Source: Phoronis australis (Eukaryota > Animalia > Phoronida). Taken from it: a stretch of 64,000 nt of DNA. Below, in pieces: positions 11,810 to 25,600 of the stretch. The position numbers and the translations under genes are program-made. The DNA lies in assembly GCA_002633005.1 (NCBI GenBank), contig NMRA01000031.1, positions 1,025,004 to 1,089,003 on the forward strand, given 5' to 3'. The notes under the pieces are model-generated. The model was not told the DNA's origin and searched no databases. It saw only the letters and a program-made list of their open reading frames with translations. The stretch's first letter is position 1, and the number at the start of each line of letters is the position of its first letter.

Positions 11810-13080
11810 TTTAATCTTGGAATTGGGCAAAAAACAATCACCGAGGAGTTTCAATGACAGAAAAAAATGTTCATAATGTCTTGTAATCTGCTTGCTTTAC
11901 GACATAAGGTTTGTTAAGCGGAAATAAAATTATTCCACGTTGAAGATGGGGCTTGACTTGCTTAAACTTGAAAAGATGATAATTGCTAACGTTTTCAGTA
12001 GAGTCTCAAGATGAGAAAAAAATGTGCTAACAACATTTTGTAACAATTCAGAGAATGTTTGGTTCGCCACATGGTTTTTTGTAAAGCAGATATGTACTTA
12101 TTCTAAGGTTAAGCAAAGGCGTGGCTTGCTTAAACTAATTGGAATTGGGTAGAAAACAACTGCAAAACCATTCAGAGGTGTTCCAAAAGTAGTAGAAAAT
12201 GCATTTATAACATACTGTAACTGGTCAGAGAATGTTTGGCTCACCACACGATTTTTTGTAAAGAAGAAATTGAATTATTCTAAGTTTATAAGCAAGGGCG
12301 TGGCTTCGTTAAACTTGGCATTGGGTAAATAATAGAAAAACTCCAACACCCCAGTACCCCTCACAGACTTAAAAGAGAACAATATTGGATAGACAAACTG
12401 AATACAATAGAACCTCATGGATTGAACATAAAAACTTCTTAAAATATGTCATTGAATTTTTTACGCAAAAATGTATCATTTTCATTACACCATATCTTAT
12501 ATGTCAATTGTCATTTTGTGTTTGATTTTACTTTATTTCTGTTTTTGTAGATAAAGGAAGTTGTTACATCCGAAAATTTCAAATTTCAGTTGATCCATTC
12601 TTGTTGTTTTATTTACCGATTTGTAAAAAAATAAGAATGCATTCAGAAGTGTTCCGAAATTGATAGAAAACGCATTTAAATTGTAAAGCAGTAGATTAGA
12701 GAATGTTTGGGTCAGCACGTGATTTTTGTAAAGCAGAAATTGAATTATTCCAAGTTTAAGCAAGCCACGCCCTTACCGAACTTGGAATTGGGCAGAAAAA
12801 AAAAACTGATTATGCGCCCAGAACTGTTCCAAAAAGTAATAGAAAATACATTTACAATGTATTGCAACCAGTTAGAGAATGTTTGGTTCCCCACGTGATT
12901 TTTGTGAAGCAGAAATTGAATTATTCCAAGTTTACGCAAGGGCGTGGCTTGATTAAACTTCGACTGAGTTGGATAGACTCGGAAAAAATGAGACTTGGCG
13001 CTCAGAAGTGTTCCGAAATAAACAGAAAATGCTTTAAAAATGTATTACAACCAGTTAGTGAATGTTTGGTTCACTACTTG
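11810..13080. repeat. Diverged ~177-bp tandem (satellite-like) repeat, ~6 units
   Basis: The anchor agagaatgtttgg (agtgaatgtttgg in the last copy) recurs at 12050, 12227, 12698, 12874 and 13057, giving periods of 177, 176 and 183 plus one ~294-bp insertion. Each unit has a ccaagtttaagcaa-gggcgtggc-ttgcttaaacttgg hairpin. Confidence 0.85.
12329..12621 (+). mobile_element. 5'-truncated Penelope-like retroelement: GIY-YIG endonuclease C-terminus plus hammerhead-like fold
   Basis: 12332-12442 translates IEKLQHPSTPHRLKREQYWIDKLNTIEPHGLNIKTS*, the R-E-x-x-WI-x-x-L-x-T-x-x-P-x-GLN end typical of Penelope-like GIY-YIG domains. A minimal hammerhead-like motif lies at 12544-12583. Confidence 0.8.
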
Positions 13081-13116
13081 ATCAAACATCAACCAGGCAC
13101 TAATTTCAAACATCGA

Positions 13117-13220
13117 GCTTTATTTTCATATTGGAATACTATGACACAACACAGACAATAATATAACTCAAATGCTCACCGTAGCCGTAGGGCTATGACC
13201 ATGAATGCGCGGAACCTTAC
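13117..13220 (-). mobile_element. Possible LINE 3'-end remnant
   Basis: Minus-strand hairpin tagccctacggcta followed by AT-rich sequence and AATAAA. It truncates the satellite. Confidence 0.3.
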
Positions 13221-13299
13221 TGAGGGAACATCAAATACGGTCTACTAATGATTTTTTTTCATTTGAGTCCTTCGGTACTAATCAGTAATCATGAGTAGG

Positions 13300-13619
13300 C
13301 CATGGGCGGGAGCTTTATCTCTTAGAACTCTGTCGTTCTCGTCGTAGTCTAGTAACTCCGATTTCAGCCCAAGGCCCCCAGGGCCTTGGCCGTGATTGGC
13401 TGTCAGGCAGATTGATTAATTCACGCGAAACTCACTTCCGCTTGATCTTGAGATTAAGCGACATTCCACCTTCACGTATGGCAGCAGCTTGCTCTCAAGA
13501 TCACTTGCGTGATCTTGGAGTTAACATACAGCAAAAATCAAAGACGCCGGTCTACGGTCCCTGTCGATCAGCGCCATCTAGAGGCTTGGGGACGAGGCTG
13601 GCTTGCGCACGACACGAAC
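13300..13619 (+). promoter_or_regulatory. COG5 promoter region
   Basis: GC-box gggcgggag (~13304), reverse CCAAT (gattgg ~13394), ETS-like cacttccgc (13433) and CTCF-like cagcgccatctagagg (13569-13584) lie just upstream of the ATG. Confidence 0.45.
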
Positions 13620-16600
13620 ATGGATGTCGACGTTGTCAGCGGCTTCAAGAACGACGGTATTGTATCTGTTTATTCTCGTTTAATGTGAGAGGCATTCGAT
13701 TCTGAAGTGACGTCTTTGAGAAGGCCTTACACGTTGTTAGAAGCTTCACAGTCTCTACTGGGCCAGCTAGAGACGGACGGTGATCACTGTCTAGCCCCAG
13801 TACAACTCGGCAGTACAAGGCAGTAGTCGGATATAGTGGTCCCTGATCTAAAGAACCAGGCAATCACTGAATAACGATCCTGTTATTTAGTGGATGAAAC
13901 TGGTTCTCTAAACCACTGTATCCTACCAATGCCCCTAGTATTATTAGTACCCTACCAGTAGTATTAATAATAGGCGCTTCAAACGCCACAAGCTTTTCGG
14001 CGAATTACGCCTTACACTGATTAAAACATCAAAGTCATGTTGTTATAAGTACCTTTTGTGCATAGACGGGCACATTAGGAGGCCACTGAGGTCTTTAAGT
14101 TCTTCCAACTCGAACACTGAAATAATCCTGTTCCGTGATCAAACTTTTTATCATTGCTCAAATCGGCATCTGGCCATTTTTACACTGTGCGGTCTCCTGT
14201 TTTTATCGTGCCTGGTTCATTTTTGCCTTGGACCAGGTCTTGGTGGGCCTATTGGACCAAATTGGAAAGAGTTAAAAGCAACTTTAGGTTCTGCCTGACC
14301 TTTGTGTTACCTAAATACTTAATGGTACGGGGGTTCTTTGAATTTGGTGCTATGTAATCAAGAGATTTTTCACTCTTATCTGCAATTTTGCTTTTCAGAC
14401 ACGTTCAAACAGTTCCTGGAAGATGACTTTGATGTGAAAGACTACGCTAACCAAACCATTCAGGCTGGCCTTGTTGTTAGTCAACAATTGGCCAAATTGG
14501 TGGATGGTATCACATTGTTGGACCGTGAATTACATGCACAAGTGGGTGGCATGGGTGTTTGTGCAAAACAATCCAGGGTCTGAACTCAAATGTTCTGACC
14601 CAGAGCCCCCTCCTACATAAGTGATAGGGTTCCGCGACAAATTCTAACCAACATAATACTTGTCTACGTGGTAAACTGAGTATCCGAGAAGATATTATAT
14701 GACGTTATACTACCTGAAACAAACAATACCCACATGAGATGATACTTGAGAGAGCAAAATACTCACTTGAGTAAGGCTCTACCATCCCGTCCTATGAGAG
14801 AGCCCAGCTGTAGGGACAAAGCAAGACCCAGTATCATTTAATCAACATTGTTTGGAGAATCTTTCTATTGGATTAGAAGTCTTGTCTCACTGTGTTTTAA
14901 CATCTAGCCTCAAGTGGCTCCAGCCATGACCATTCTAATAAAAAATGCCACCAGTGGAGTAAAGATCTGACCCATAGCGTTTTCGATTCACGCGACTGTG
15001 ATAAAGTGATGCTTTTGTCTCCAGCTAGTATGCGTTTACAGAGTCCGGTCATTAGATTGAGGGTCTGGCTTGACCTTTCTGGAATTTGACCCATGAATTG
15101 TTTCTCCAGCCTGCTTTGGTATGACGCAGTATATATTCTATTTGGCTAAATACCCAGCTGTGAGGCGATGGCTTTGATTTTATGTCTGTATAAGCTGTTG
15201 TTCCCTTCACTTGATGCGCAGTTTCTTCACAGGTTTTGGTAATACTCAATATTTCAATAGTTCATTGTCGTAATGTAGAAGAGTTAAGAAGATGGTGCTA
15301 AACTGTAGAGCTGCCAAGTATACGACGTTATTCTAAATTCAGTGACTCCCTTGAAGCAATGATTTCGTCATGAGGTTTTCAAGTTGCTTAAAATTTAGTG
15401 AATGCTTGGCTATTATCAGCTGTTGGTTACAGATATACTCTGGCAAGATGTAATGATGAAATGTGACACCTGGCAGAAGGGCATATACTATCACCCCTTG
15501 AATAAAATGTCGATTTCCTAATGATGTATTACCTATAAATTTTAGGTGGTTTTGGGGTACACAATTCAGACATGCCGTTTCATGTCCAATTCTCCCCTTG
15601 ACAGGTATCTGCTCACCATGAAGACCTGCTATCCCAGGCTACAGGTGTTGAAACACTGGAGGGTGTCCTTCAGATGATGCAGTCCCGTATACAGTCCTTA
15701 CTAGCGGCTGTTGAAAGGTTGGTGCTTTGATTGATTTACAGGCACCAGGCCACTGCTGACTGTATACAGTCCTTACTAGCGGCTGATGAAAGGTTGGTGC
15801 AGTGATTGATTTACAGGCACCAGGCCACTGCTGACTGTACACAGTCCTTACTAGCAGGTGTTGAAAGGTTGGTGCTGTGATTGATTTACAGGCACTCAGC
15901 CACTGCTGACTGTATACAGTCCTTACTACCGGCTGTTGAAAGGTTGGTGGTGTGATTGATTTACAGGTACTGAGCCACTGCTGACTGTATACAGTCCTTA
16001 CTAGCAGGTGTTGAAAGGTTGGTGGTGTGATTGATTTACAGGTACTGAGCCACTGCTGACTGTATACAGTCCTTACTAGCAGGTGTTGAAAGGTTGGTGG
16101 TGTGATTGATTTACAGGTACTGAGCCACTGCTAACTGTTGTGAAATTGCTTGATTTTTTGGAAACAATTCATAAAATGATGATAAAAGGTATAAACTTCC
16201 ACCTTCCCTTATAAAATATTTCTTGAAATGCTTCAACACATCCCACTGGATACTCAAACTGTTGTTATTTCACACTGGACTACAGGAGATTAATGTACAT
16301 TCCTCTGAGACTTCATTACCTTTTGTACCATTTCAGTCGTTACTTGTTTGTTGTGACCCCTAATTATTTAATAGACTTTCATAAAAGAAGGAATATTATT
16401 AGTTTACATCTGTGAGTTCCGTGTTATTGAACTGTAGTCATTAGACAGTCACCACTCATCAGCTCTTGTTGTTCATTTGGCAGAATTCGCTCCAAGATAA
16501 CAGAGCCATACAACAAAGTTGTAACGCGCACAGTTCAACTGAGGCGACTGCAAGAGACCTGTGATCTACTGAGAAGGATTATCCGTATTCTGTACTTATC

Positions 16601-19600
16601 ACAGAGGTTAAGAACACAGCTTCAAGGTGGAAGTAGAGAAATCACAAAGGCAGCCCAGAGTTTGAATGAACTAGGTATTATTGATTGTCTCATTATGAAG
16701 CCTCTTCTTGTTGTTATGTACGTCACATGATCTGATCATATGATTCACTGAGGGGGTCATCATGTATCAATCTTAAGTCTCTGTGTCTTTAGTTATTACC
16801 GGAGCATTAATACTTAAGTAGTAATTTTACTGCAGAGATTCGAGCTCGAGTGCAAGCAATAAAACACAAATATCAGACTTTTTGCTTTGGACTTCAGTAA
16901 AGGGTCACCAAACGAGTGTTTGTTTGTCTCCTATTGTAGTCAGATGTTGTCAGATAAAAGCAAACTGAATGTGGAAACTGTGAAGCCATGTTTATTCTCC
17001 ATTACATGAGACAGGAACAGGAAACACAATCATGTGTAACTCATGAAATTAGGTCACAGTCCAGGGGAGATGGATGACCAACTAACTCATAACAATGACA
17101 ATAGGTGGCACTGGTGACAGCCACTTGACAGTTCACAACTTTACAGTTGAGGGCAAGAATTCAAATTTGTTTTAGACCTCCTGCAGTTATGAAGTTGATC
17201 TCAAATCGTTTGTGACTCAATTCATAAGTGATGTTTGGGCCTTGAAGGAAGTGGTAGTGCATAATTGCTCGACACTATGGTCAGCACTTCAAATTCTCCA
17301 CGGCGACAAGCCAACTTGTTCAGCCCAAAAACCACTCCTCATTTGAGAGTGGAATTAGTCGATACTGGGCTTATAGCCATAAGTAGTCTCAATCAAAATT
17401 TTGTTTCTTTGAAGGAATGCAGGTTTGTAGGAGCTTTATGTATGTCTTTGTTGTCTAGATTACCTGTCAGAGGGCGTTGATTTGAGTGGTATTGAGGTGT
17501 TAGAGGTGGACAGGAGATTCATAAAACAGGCTCGTAAGGATGTTGAAGAACAGGCTGTCAAGATGGTGGAGAAGGGTATGGAAATACAGGTATGATGATG
17601 GAAATGCAGGTATAATGGTGGAAATACAGGTATGATGATGGTAGTGGTAATTATTGTGGCGATTATGATAAACAGATTGAATAAAAATTATGTCCAATTT
17701 AAAGTTAATTTTACATTTCAAAAGTGTGCAACATTGTTAAAATGTTCAGAATTCTGCTATGTATTAGCTAATGGTGCTTTTAAAATACAAACTCTGCTAA
17801 AACATTACAATTAGGTTTTAACTTTTAGGGCTATAAATACATTTGGGATAATTTTTGGTAATGATAAAGTCTTGCGTAAATAATGTTTATATTGAATATG
17901 CAGCATTCACGTTGGGCACTTTGAAACAGTTTTTAATATGAGATTCTTTGTGTATTCCTTCACAGAATCAGAACCAAGTGGCCACAGCCCTGCAAGTGTT
18001 CTATAATTTGGCCAGTTTGGTGGAGACTGTCGACCGAGTAGTGGACGAGTGTAGATCGACATTAAACTCTAGTATCAAAAGTTCTCTGGACATTCAGCTG
18101 TTGACCCAGTCTTCTGGCTCAGGTATTCATTCCAGCATTTTCTGATGCAAGACGCCATTTAATACTATATTGGAATAATGGATTGTGTTGTTCTTGTGAA
18201 TCACAAGTTTTTTAAAGTATGGTCTTCTTATTCCTATGTTGTGTTCTTGTCCTTGTGTAAAACTGGTACTTTTGTTATTGATGTTCTCGTATTTGTAAGT
18301 TTTCTGATATTTCGCTAAGTTTTTTAAGTGTTCTTACTGAACTCTCACCTTTCCTCAGGCATGCCTGGCCGTGCTGCTATACCTACGGGGAACTCCCCTG
18401 CATTCCGCGCTAACTTGTGGACGAACATGGAGAAACTGATGGATGTTATCTATTCTACTCTGGCTCAGGTATATTGGCTGATCTGTGATCATGGGAAGGT
18501 GTCACCTGTACAAATGAGGTCGCTTGTACAAGTGGGGTCCCTTGTACAAGTGGGGTCCCTTGTACAAGTGGGGTCCCTTGTACAAGTGGGTCACTTGTTA
18601 TGTTTATATCAGGAATTGAAATTGATAATGCCCATGTCTGTGATGTTTATGTTGGTTTTTGTGGTTTCTGTTTGCTGTGACAGTGTTGAGAGCAGAGGTC
18701 AGTGCAGAGGTGAGTGATGAGAGTAGAGGTCAATGTGAAAATGGGTGTTCCAACAAGGATGCCACGTATCTTGCCATCAGTAATCACCGTTTGTGATGGC
18801 CAGGAACGTCACCCAGCAGCTTATGGGGCTTCCTTTTTTATTTTACTTTTAGTCGAACGGGAGTATATGGGTACCCAAATGCCACATTCTCATTTGGCAA
18901 CCTTGGACTTCTTGGCAAGTTGGCTTTGTACTAAGTGTCGACCCCTGTGTACTTATTGTATAGAATTCATAAAGGAGACTACTTCGCACACTGTCCTGAG
19001 ACCACCCATTGAGCTACCAATGTATCTTTCAAGGGATAGCATTACAGTCCTTTTTGTCATGTATGAACTAAGAAATAACCTTTTCAGGAGATAATTTTAC
19101 CTTTGTTTCACCAGGTGCACCACCTGCAGAAAGTCTTGTCAAAGAAGAGAGACCCAGTTACTCAAGTGTGTTTTATAGACGAGGTCACCAGTGATGGACG
19201 TGGCGACTTTCTGCAGACATTTTGGAAGGACATGTGTCTACTGTTAAAGACGGAGTTTAAACAGGCTGCAGATAGTAAGCACATTAGCCAATAGGGGTCG
19301 CATCTTGATTTGAGGTCACAATAAGGACTGATGCCAGTTTGTTTGGTGTGTTGAACATGGAGTCCAGTGATGCAATTAATACTGACTCTTGGCTTAAGAA
19401 AAACATTAAGACTTACTTATCATGAAAGCTGTGGTTTGTTTTGAGTACATGGCTATCTTGATGTGCGGCGAATTGTAACAATTAGTTACGTGAACGTTTT
19501 TGATAGGGTTGAACTGTAGCTGTCTGTAGAAGTTACAGTTCACCAGTGCAAAAGAAATTGTTGTGTTCAAAGCTATTACCTTTGTCCACTTCCCGGAATA

Positions 19601-22600
19601 TCATAGTGCCCTCTCTGGTTCCCTGGTATTTACCCACAATGCTGTGCATCAGTTGGACACGTGATCCACAGTTTTACATGGTAATTAATATTTTTCGTTA
19701 AAAGCAATTTGTCATTAATAATTTGATGACGTTAAAGTTTTACAGTTGCGGAGTGAATTGCGCTGAAGACAACTGAAAATTGAAAAGCCCAGTGAGATGC
19801 AATGAACCATTCTTGAGTTGTTGAACTCGGCTCAGATTTGTGTTGGCACCCTTACATTTCTGAAGCTAGGTCAACTCGATGAGTTTTTCTACTTCCACAA
19901 AAAGGAAAGTTGGTTGTGAGATGTGGGAATGGAATGAATAGATTCAAAGACATTACCTACTGTTATAGATTCGACATTTTTGAAGCAAGCGTTTGAAGGG
20001 GAGTTTCCTAAGCTGTTGCGCCTGTTTAACGACTTGTGGAAACGGATAAAGCACTTCTCTACAAATCTGGAAACTAGCGCCACCTCCGACGATGACAAAC
20101 TGCCAGAGTACATGGAAGAAAAGACGAGTTCAGATGTGTACAAGTAAGTTCTAAGTAATTGCATATTGTTGTGCTTCAAGTGATTCAAAGTATCCTGTGT
20201 ATTCTGACAATCTTTTTAAAATGTCTGCTACTTTTTTCATTGGTTACATTTAAAAATGATTTTTGGAGTAGAGCAAACTGACAGAGGCTTATTTCGTTGA
20301 TGAAGTCGTAGTAGTTTTGAATTAAAGTAACAGCTCAAAAATGGATTATTTCATATGGAAAAACTGTAGATGTACCAGAATTGCACTAAGTGACCCAGTT
20401 TTCTTGATTTTAATTTTGTAATGGAATTTTAGAGAGTGTTATCGCCTGTATTTCATAATGTATTAAAACTTGTGTGAACATCATGTCGCAAGCTGAAGAG
20501 ATGTTGATGAGAGCAGTGCGCTGTAACATTACTATCGACAAGCTATACCGGCCACATCTTGCAACTTGACCCGAAAAATCTAGGTTTTCAAACTGAGATA
20601 ATTCTTAACAACTTTATAAATTAGAACTGTCAGGTCTGCACAGATGATAGGAGGGCCCAAAAATGAGATCTTTTCCATTTTGTAATCTTGATATCGAGAG
20701 ATGTGACCATTTGAAGAAATATGAGCTGTTACTAATGCTGAGTAGTTGTTGTTACCTGCATACTAACTCCGTGTTTACTCTCAGTGCCGAGGCTGCTCTA
20801 CGTGACTGTTTGACCCAGTTCGAGACGGCCTATCTATCGCGTTCTCTGTCACGCCTGTTTGACCCCATCAATCTATTGTTCCCCGTTGGTTGCACCCACC
20901 CACCATCTCCAGAGGAGATTGATGGCATAGTGAAGACAATCCGCAGGTAGGTAGGCTGGTCTACCTCTTGCACTTTTTCCATACAAATTGGAATAGGGTC
21001 TAAAGCTCGTTATGCACTTTTACTCACAATATCATGACCTCTGTATTCAAAGATAACAAGACTTGTATTAGAAGTATAAATAATGGGTCTGCCCGATGTA
21101 TTTCAGATAAAGGGTCAATCCCAGAATTCCTTGCACGTTTGTAGTTCTCTTGCAGCCATATGGACCTCACTTACATTAAGTTACTGAGTTGGTTATTCAG
21201 GAATGATGCCGTAAGATGACTTTAAAGCACAATTATTGTACCTGTTTTTAGGCAAGTTAATCCATTCATCAGTTTTACAAAAGGTTACTTGATGGTACAG
21301 TGTTGTATTTCTTACACATAATTGTCACCAGCTCCCTCTATTGTGCAGTGAACTCAACGTGGCTAGTGTAGATGACAGTCTGTGTCAGCTGATTGTGAAG
21401 AATGTTGCCAAGACTGTCCAGCTGTTCACAGTCAAGTGTGAGCAGCTCGTGGCTAGTGACGGTGACGCCAGTCAGGTTATCGGGCCTCCCACTACTGCAC
21501 AGTCACGTAACGCTAGTACGGTCAATGCACTCCATCATCTGTATGCATCAGTTGTTAAGGTCGTCAATGACAACAATGTCCCTGATGTCAGTCAGACAAT
21601 GGAACAGGCTTTACAGGTAAATGTTTTAACTCAAACTTTTCTCAGCTTATGTTATAAATGTTTCTTAAGTTATTGCTCTTACAGACGACACCAAACATAA
21701 TCGTGTAAGATGTCGCGAAATTCTTCATGGCAGGCGAGTGTATGCAGAATTTATTTTCACAAAAACTGGCATAACATGTCATTACCCGTCATTACTGGTC
21801 ATTGCATGTCATAACTGGTCATTACCTGTCATTACTGGCCGTTACACGTCATAACTGGTCATTACCGCTTCGTGATAGAGAATTTACGTCCAATTATTTT
21901 TGGCGTTTACATGTCAGGAGTGAGATTGCAACGTGTGCTGGAGACTCCCGTACTGATGGAAAGTAATGAGACACTGCTCTATTGAGTCCCTAGCTCTGTC
22001 AATTGTATTCACTCAAATTACTTAAGGTTCTTTAGGACCTTATCGACTTGAGTGTATTTAGCCAACTGTCAACAAAACTACAGATTTTAATTCTGTGAAA
22101 GTATTTATTTTCTGAAAGTAGAGAGCCTGCAGAATTTGATTTTTGGGTATATACCAATCTACTATTAGTAGGGTCACATGTCTTTTTAGTAAAATTTAGC
22201 AGAAAAAGAAAGTTGCATCCGTAGTAAAACAATGGTATCAATAACGTGGCCAAATTATGTGCAATGGAAATATTCAAGATGAAATATCAAAAACATTGTT
22301 GCAGTATTTCAATTTAAAATCATTATTTCGTGTTTTGTTTCAATCAAGTTTTCAATTCATGAGAATCACAAAAGTCCTACTTTTGATAACATCTCATGCA
22401 AAAGTGGTATTTGTAAAAACAATTCCTAAAAGCTCTTTTAAGAACATTGCGTAAAGCAATTATGTGAAAGTTTCATATGAATACGGTCAGCCATGTCTGA
22501 GATATGATGTCCTGAATGTTTGTCAAGTTTGGCTATGTCTGAGATACGATGTTCGGACAGTTGTCAAATTTAGCCACGTCTGAGATATGATGTCCTGAAG

Positions 22601-25600
22601 GTTGTCATTTTTTGAGGGTCTTACAAAACCTCAAGAGTGAAGTGAATTGTTTTATTTACTGATATGTTTCTAACCTTGCTTATTGTGCAAGGGCGTTTTT
22701 GTTTCTGTCTGATTAATCCTTTTCTATTTCAGTCTGTCGAGGCTCTGATGGTGTCGGCAACTGATCCTTTGTTGATGTCCATAAACGATGCGTTAGAATC
22801 CATCATTTTGACCATGCACCAAGAAGACTTTTCCAGGTATTTCATTTCAGGACTTGTTGTGTTGTGTTGTTTTGTTGTTTCTTGTGAATTTCTGTCATTT
22901 TTTTCATTTTTCAAAGGCTGATTATCCTGCACCATATGTTGTTTTGTGACATCTTTGTATAAAGTACAAACCATGCTAGTAATAAAATAATGTTTTCTCA
23001 TTTAATAATCTTTATTTTGGCGGAGAAATTTGCCAAATTAAAATTTCACTTGTCAGCCATATTGTGTGCTAAAGTCTTTTTAAGTTCTTAATGTTCCTAG
23101 TTTGTACTTACAGTCAGTCAACCGTGTCCGATGTTCAGTGCTCATTATACATGAGGGAACTTCAGAGCTTCACATCAAGAGTTCAGGCAGACTACATGAC
23201 TCACTTTAAATGCAAAGACTTTATTTCCAGACGGTTAGTTTTGCAGTTAGAGACTTGTTTTGCATGTGTGGTGTGTTGATGTAGGAGTGATATGAAAGTG
23301 GGTGATTATTTGGAGACGACTGTCAACATACACGCTTGATCAACAAATAAACTCCTACTTCGCTTCATATTTGTTGCCATTCAATGTGATTAGACATCAT
23401 TCGGATCATCTCGCTCTTGGTTCTAGTCTCTCTGCTTGAAACTCAACTTGAATATTAACCAATGGCTGGATGCGCTTCAAGTAAATTTACACATTTGTAC
23501 TAGAATCGTGCTGTGTGATTGGTTAATTTCAAATTTGAGTCTGAACTGAATTTGGAGATTAGATCATTGGCCCTAATCTGCTCAAGAAGTCTCTTCTATT
23601 CACACATCTTAACACTTGCTATTTAAGCTTTCATTACACATATCTGTTCTTCCACATTCTGCTTCCCTGTTCCTAGTTCAAGTAATACTTCTTCTGGTTT
23701 CAACAAATGATCGAAGTACCGATCCTTATATGTTGCTGCATGTTAGTGATAAATTGAACTATGCATGACTGTTAAAATAACAACAAAACAAAGTGCAGGT
23801 TAGTGCCAGGGTAAAAACAAGTTTTGTTGTTTACTGGGTAAGGTTGTTGTTCGAGATGTGACTCGTGAACGTCTCTATTGTTTCTGATGAGATGGCATGT
23901 TGTGGGAGTCTATTCCAGAGTAAAATAGCAGATGGGAAGAAAGAGTTTGCGTAGTATGCAGTGCGAATGTATGTTCTCTCAAAGAGGTATGAGTGTGGGA
24001 ATCATGTGACCTGGAAATATGTAGGGATAAAAGCATAGCTACCATGTTCTTCTTGAGTTGTTCAAAAGTCACATGACCTGCTTCGTGCCAGTGTATCATC
24101 TTTCCCTGAGTCAAGAAATAAGCTCTAATGAGAATAAGGAACATAGTTGAGACCAATTTTATGGCAATGAAGCGGTCTTATTCATAAGTATGCATTTTTA
24201 ACATTGAAAATCAAATAGTATTGGGAGTTAAATTTACTGCATAACCGTTGCAACATTCCTTCCTAGGTTGAGAACTATTGCCTCTAGTGCTATTGATCTG
24301 TTTGTGCGGCACGCCAGTTTGGTTCGGCCCCTGGGTGAAGGTGGTAAGATGAGACTGGCCGCCGACTTTGCTCAAATGGAACTTGCCATCTCTCCATTGT
24401 GTAGTCGGGCAGCTGACCTGGGTCGTATGTACAGACTTCTGCGTGCATTCAGGTATGACACAACATCCAGGATTTCGGGATAACGAGCAAAGCTTGCTTT
24501 TTAGAGGAGTAGCAAATTTTGTATTAGTCGGATTCAACACTTCAAAAAGTTCTTTTCCTCAATGTTGATGCTTAGTATAGAGAAACAGGTTTAAGGTATG
24601 TGTTATTATTATTCAAGTACTTCTCAAGTGGTAAACAATTTAAGAACCTTGTGGAAAATAACGTATGGTGGATCAACATCAGATCCAGTACAGACTCGTT
24701 TGGAAAACATTTTAAAAATAGCCCAGTTTTCATTTTCCATTTTATTTAACAATAAGATGTCATGCTTTGAAAGCTCGATGTAAGATATACTTGAGCTTTG
24801 AGTAAGGTGTGTAAATAGTACCGTACTCGTCCGGGTTACCGCCCATGCTCGCCTTACCGCCCATGCTCGGCTTACCGCCCATGCTCGGCTTACCGCCCAC
24901 CCACGAAATTTTCAAATTTTCAGTTTTAAGCGCCCATGCTCTGCTTACCGCCCACCCCCAATTTTTCATGATCAAGACTTCCTTAAAAGTGTCTGTGCTT
25001 TTTGAACGTTCGTCGCACAAAACTAAGATTCCAAAATGTGCGCAACTCGCTTACCTTTCAGTGACAATCAGTTTTAGCGGAACCTGGAACTTGCCTTACT
25101 ATGGTGGTAAAATACCCGTATTTCCCATGCCGTTTATTGAAGGAGACACAATTATTTCATTTGGCTCGCGCGGAACTCGTGCCAGCATTTACTGATCACT
25201 GAGACAGCGCTTGTCGAATGTATTTCATTGCCGTCGAAGAACAAGCAAAGCGGTACTTGACAAGAATTTGAAGTCCGTGTTCTACCTTTCTGTGATTCCC
25301 CCTATGTGCCGTGACAGGACACGAAACATCACCACCCTGAGCAATGAAATAAGAAAAAGCACGAGCACACTAACATTATTTTGGACTTATTGTTTTGAAT
25401 ACAAGCAGACACGAGTCATTGTGACCAGCCAACCTGTCTCGCTGTTCCCTGCCTTGGTTAAACGGGTTTTTAATGCCCCACTCCCGACAACAAAATGAAA
25501 GTGTTCAACCAGAATGAAAGCGCCTAACCAAAAGCAACAGTGCAAGAAATCAACTTTTTACCAAGCGCAAGTCGAACATTCTATCCCCATCCACGTGGTC

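Noticed and set aside
13412-13705. 97-aa ORF overlapping the COG5 start
   Set aside because: It is out of frame with COG5, runs through repeat-derived promoter DNA into intron 1, and has no recognisable homology.
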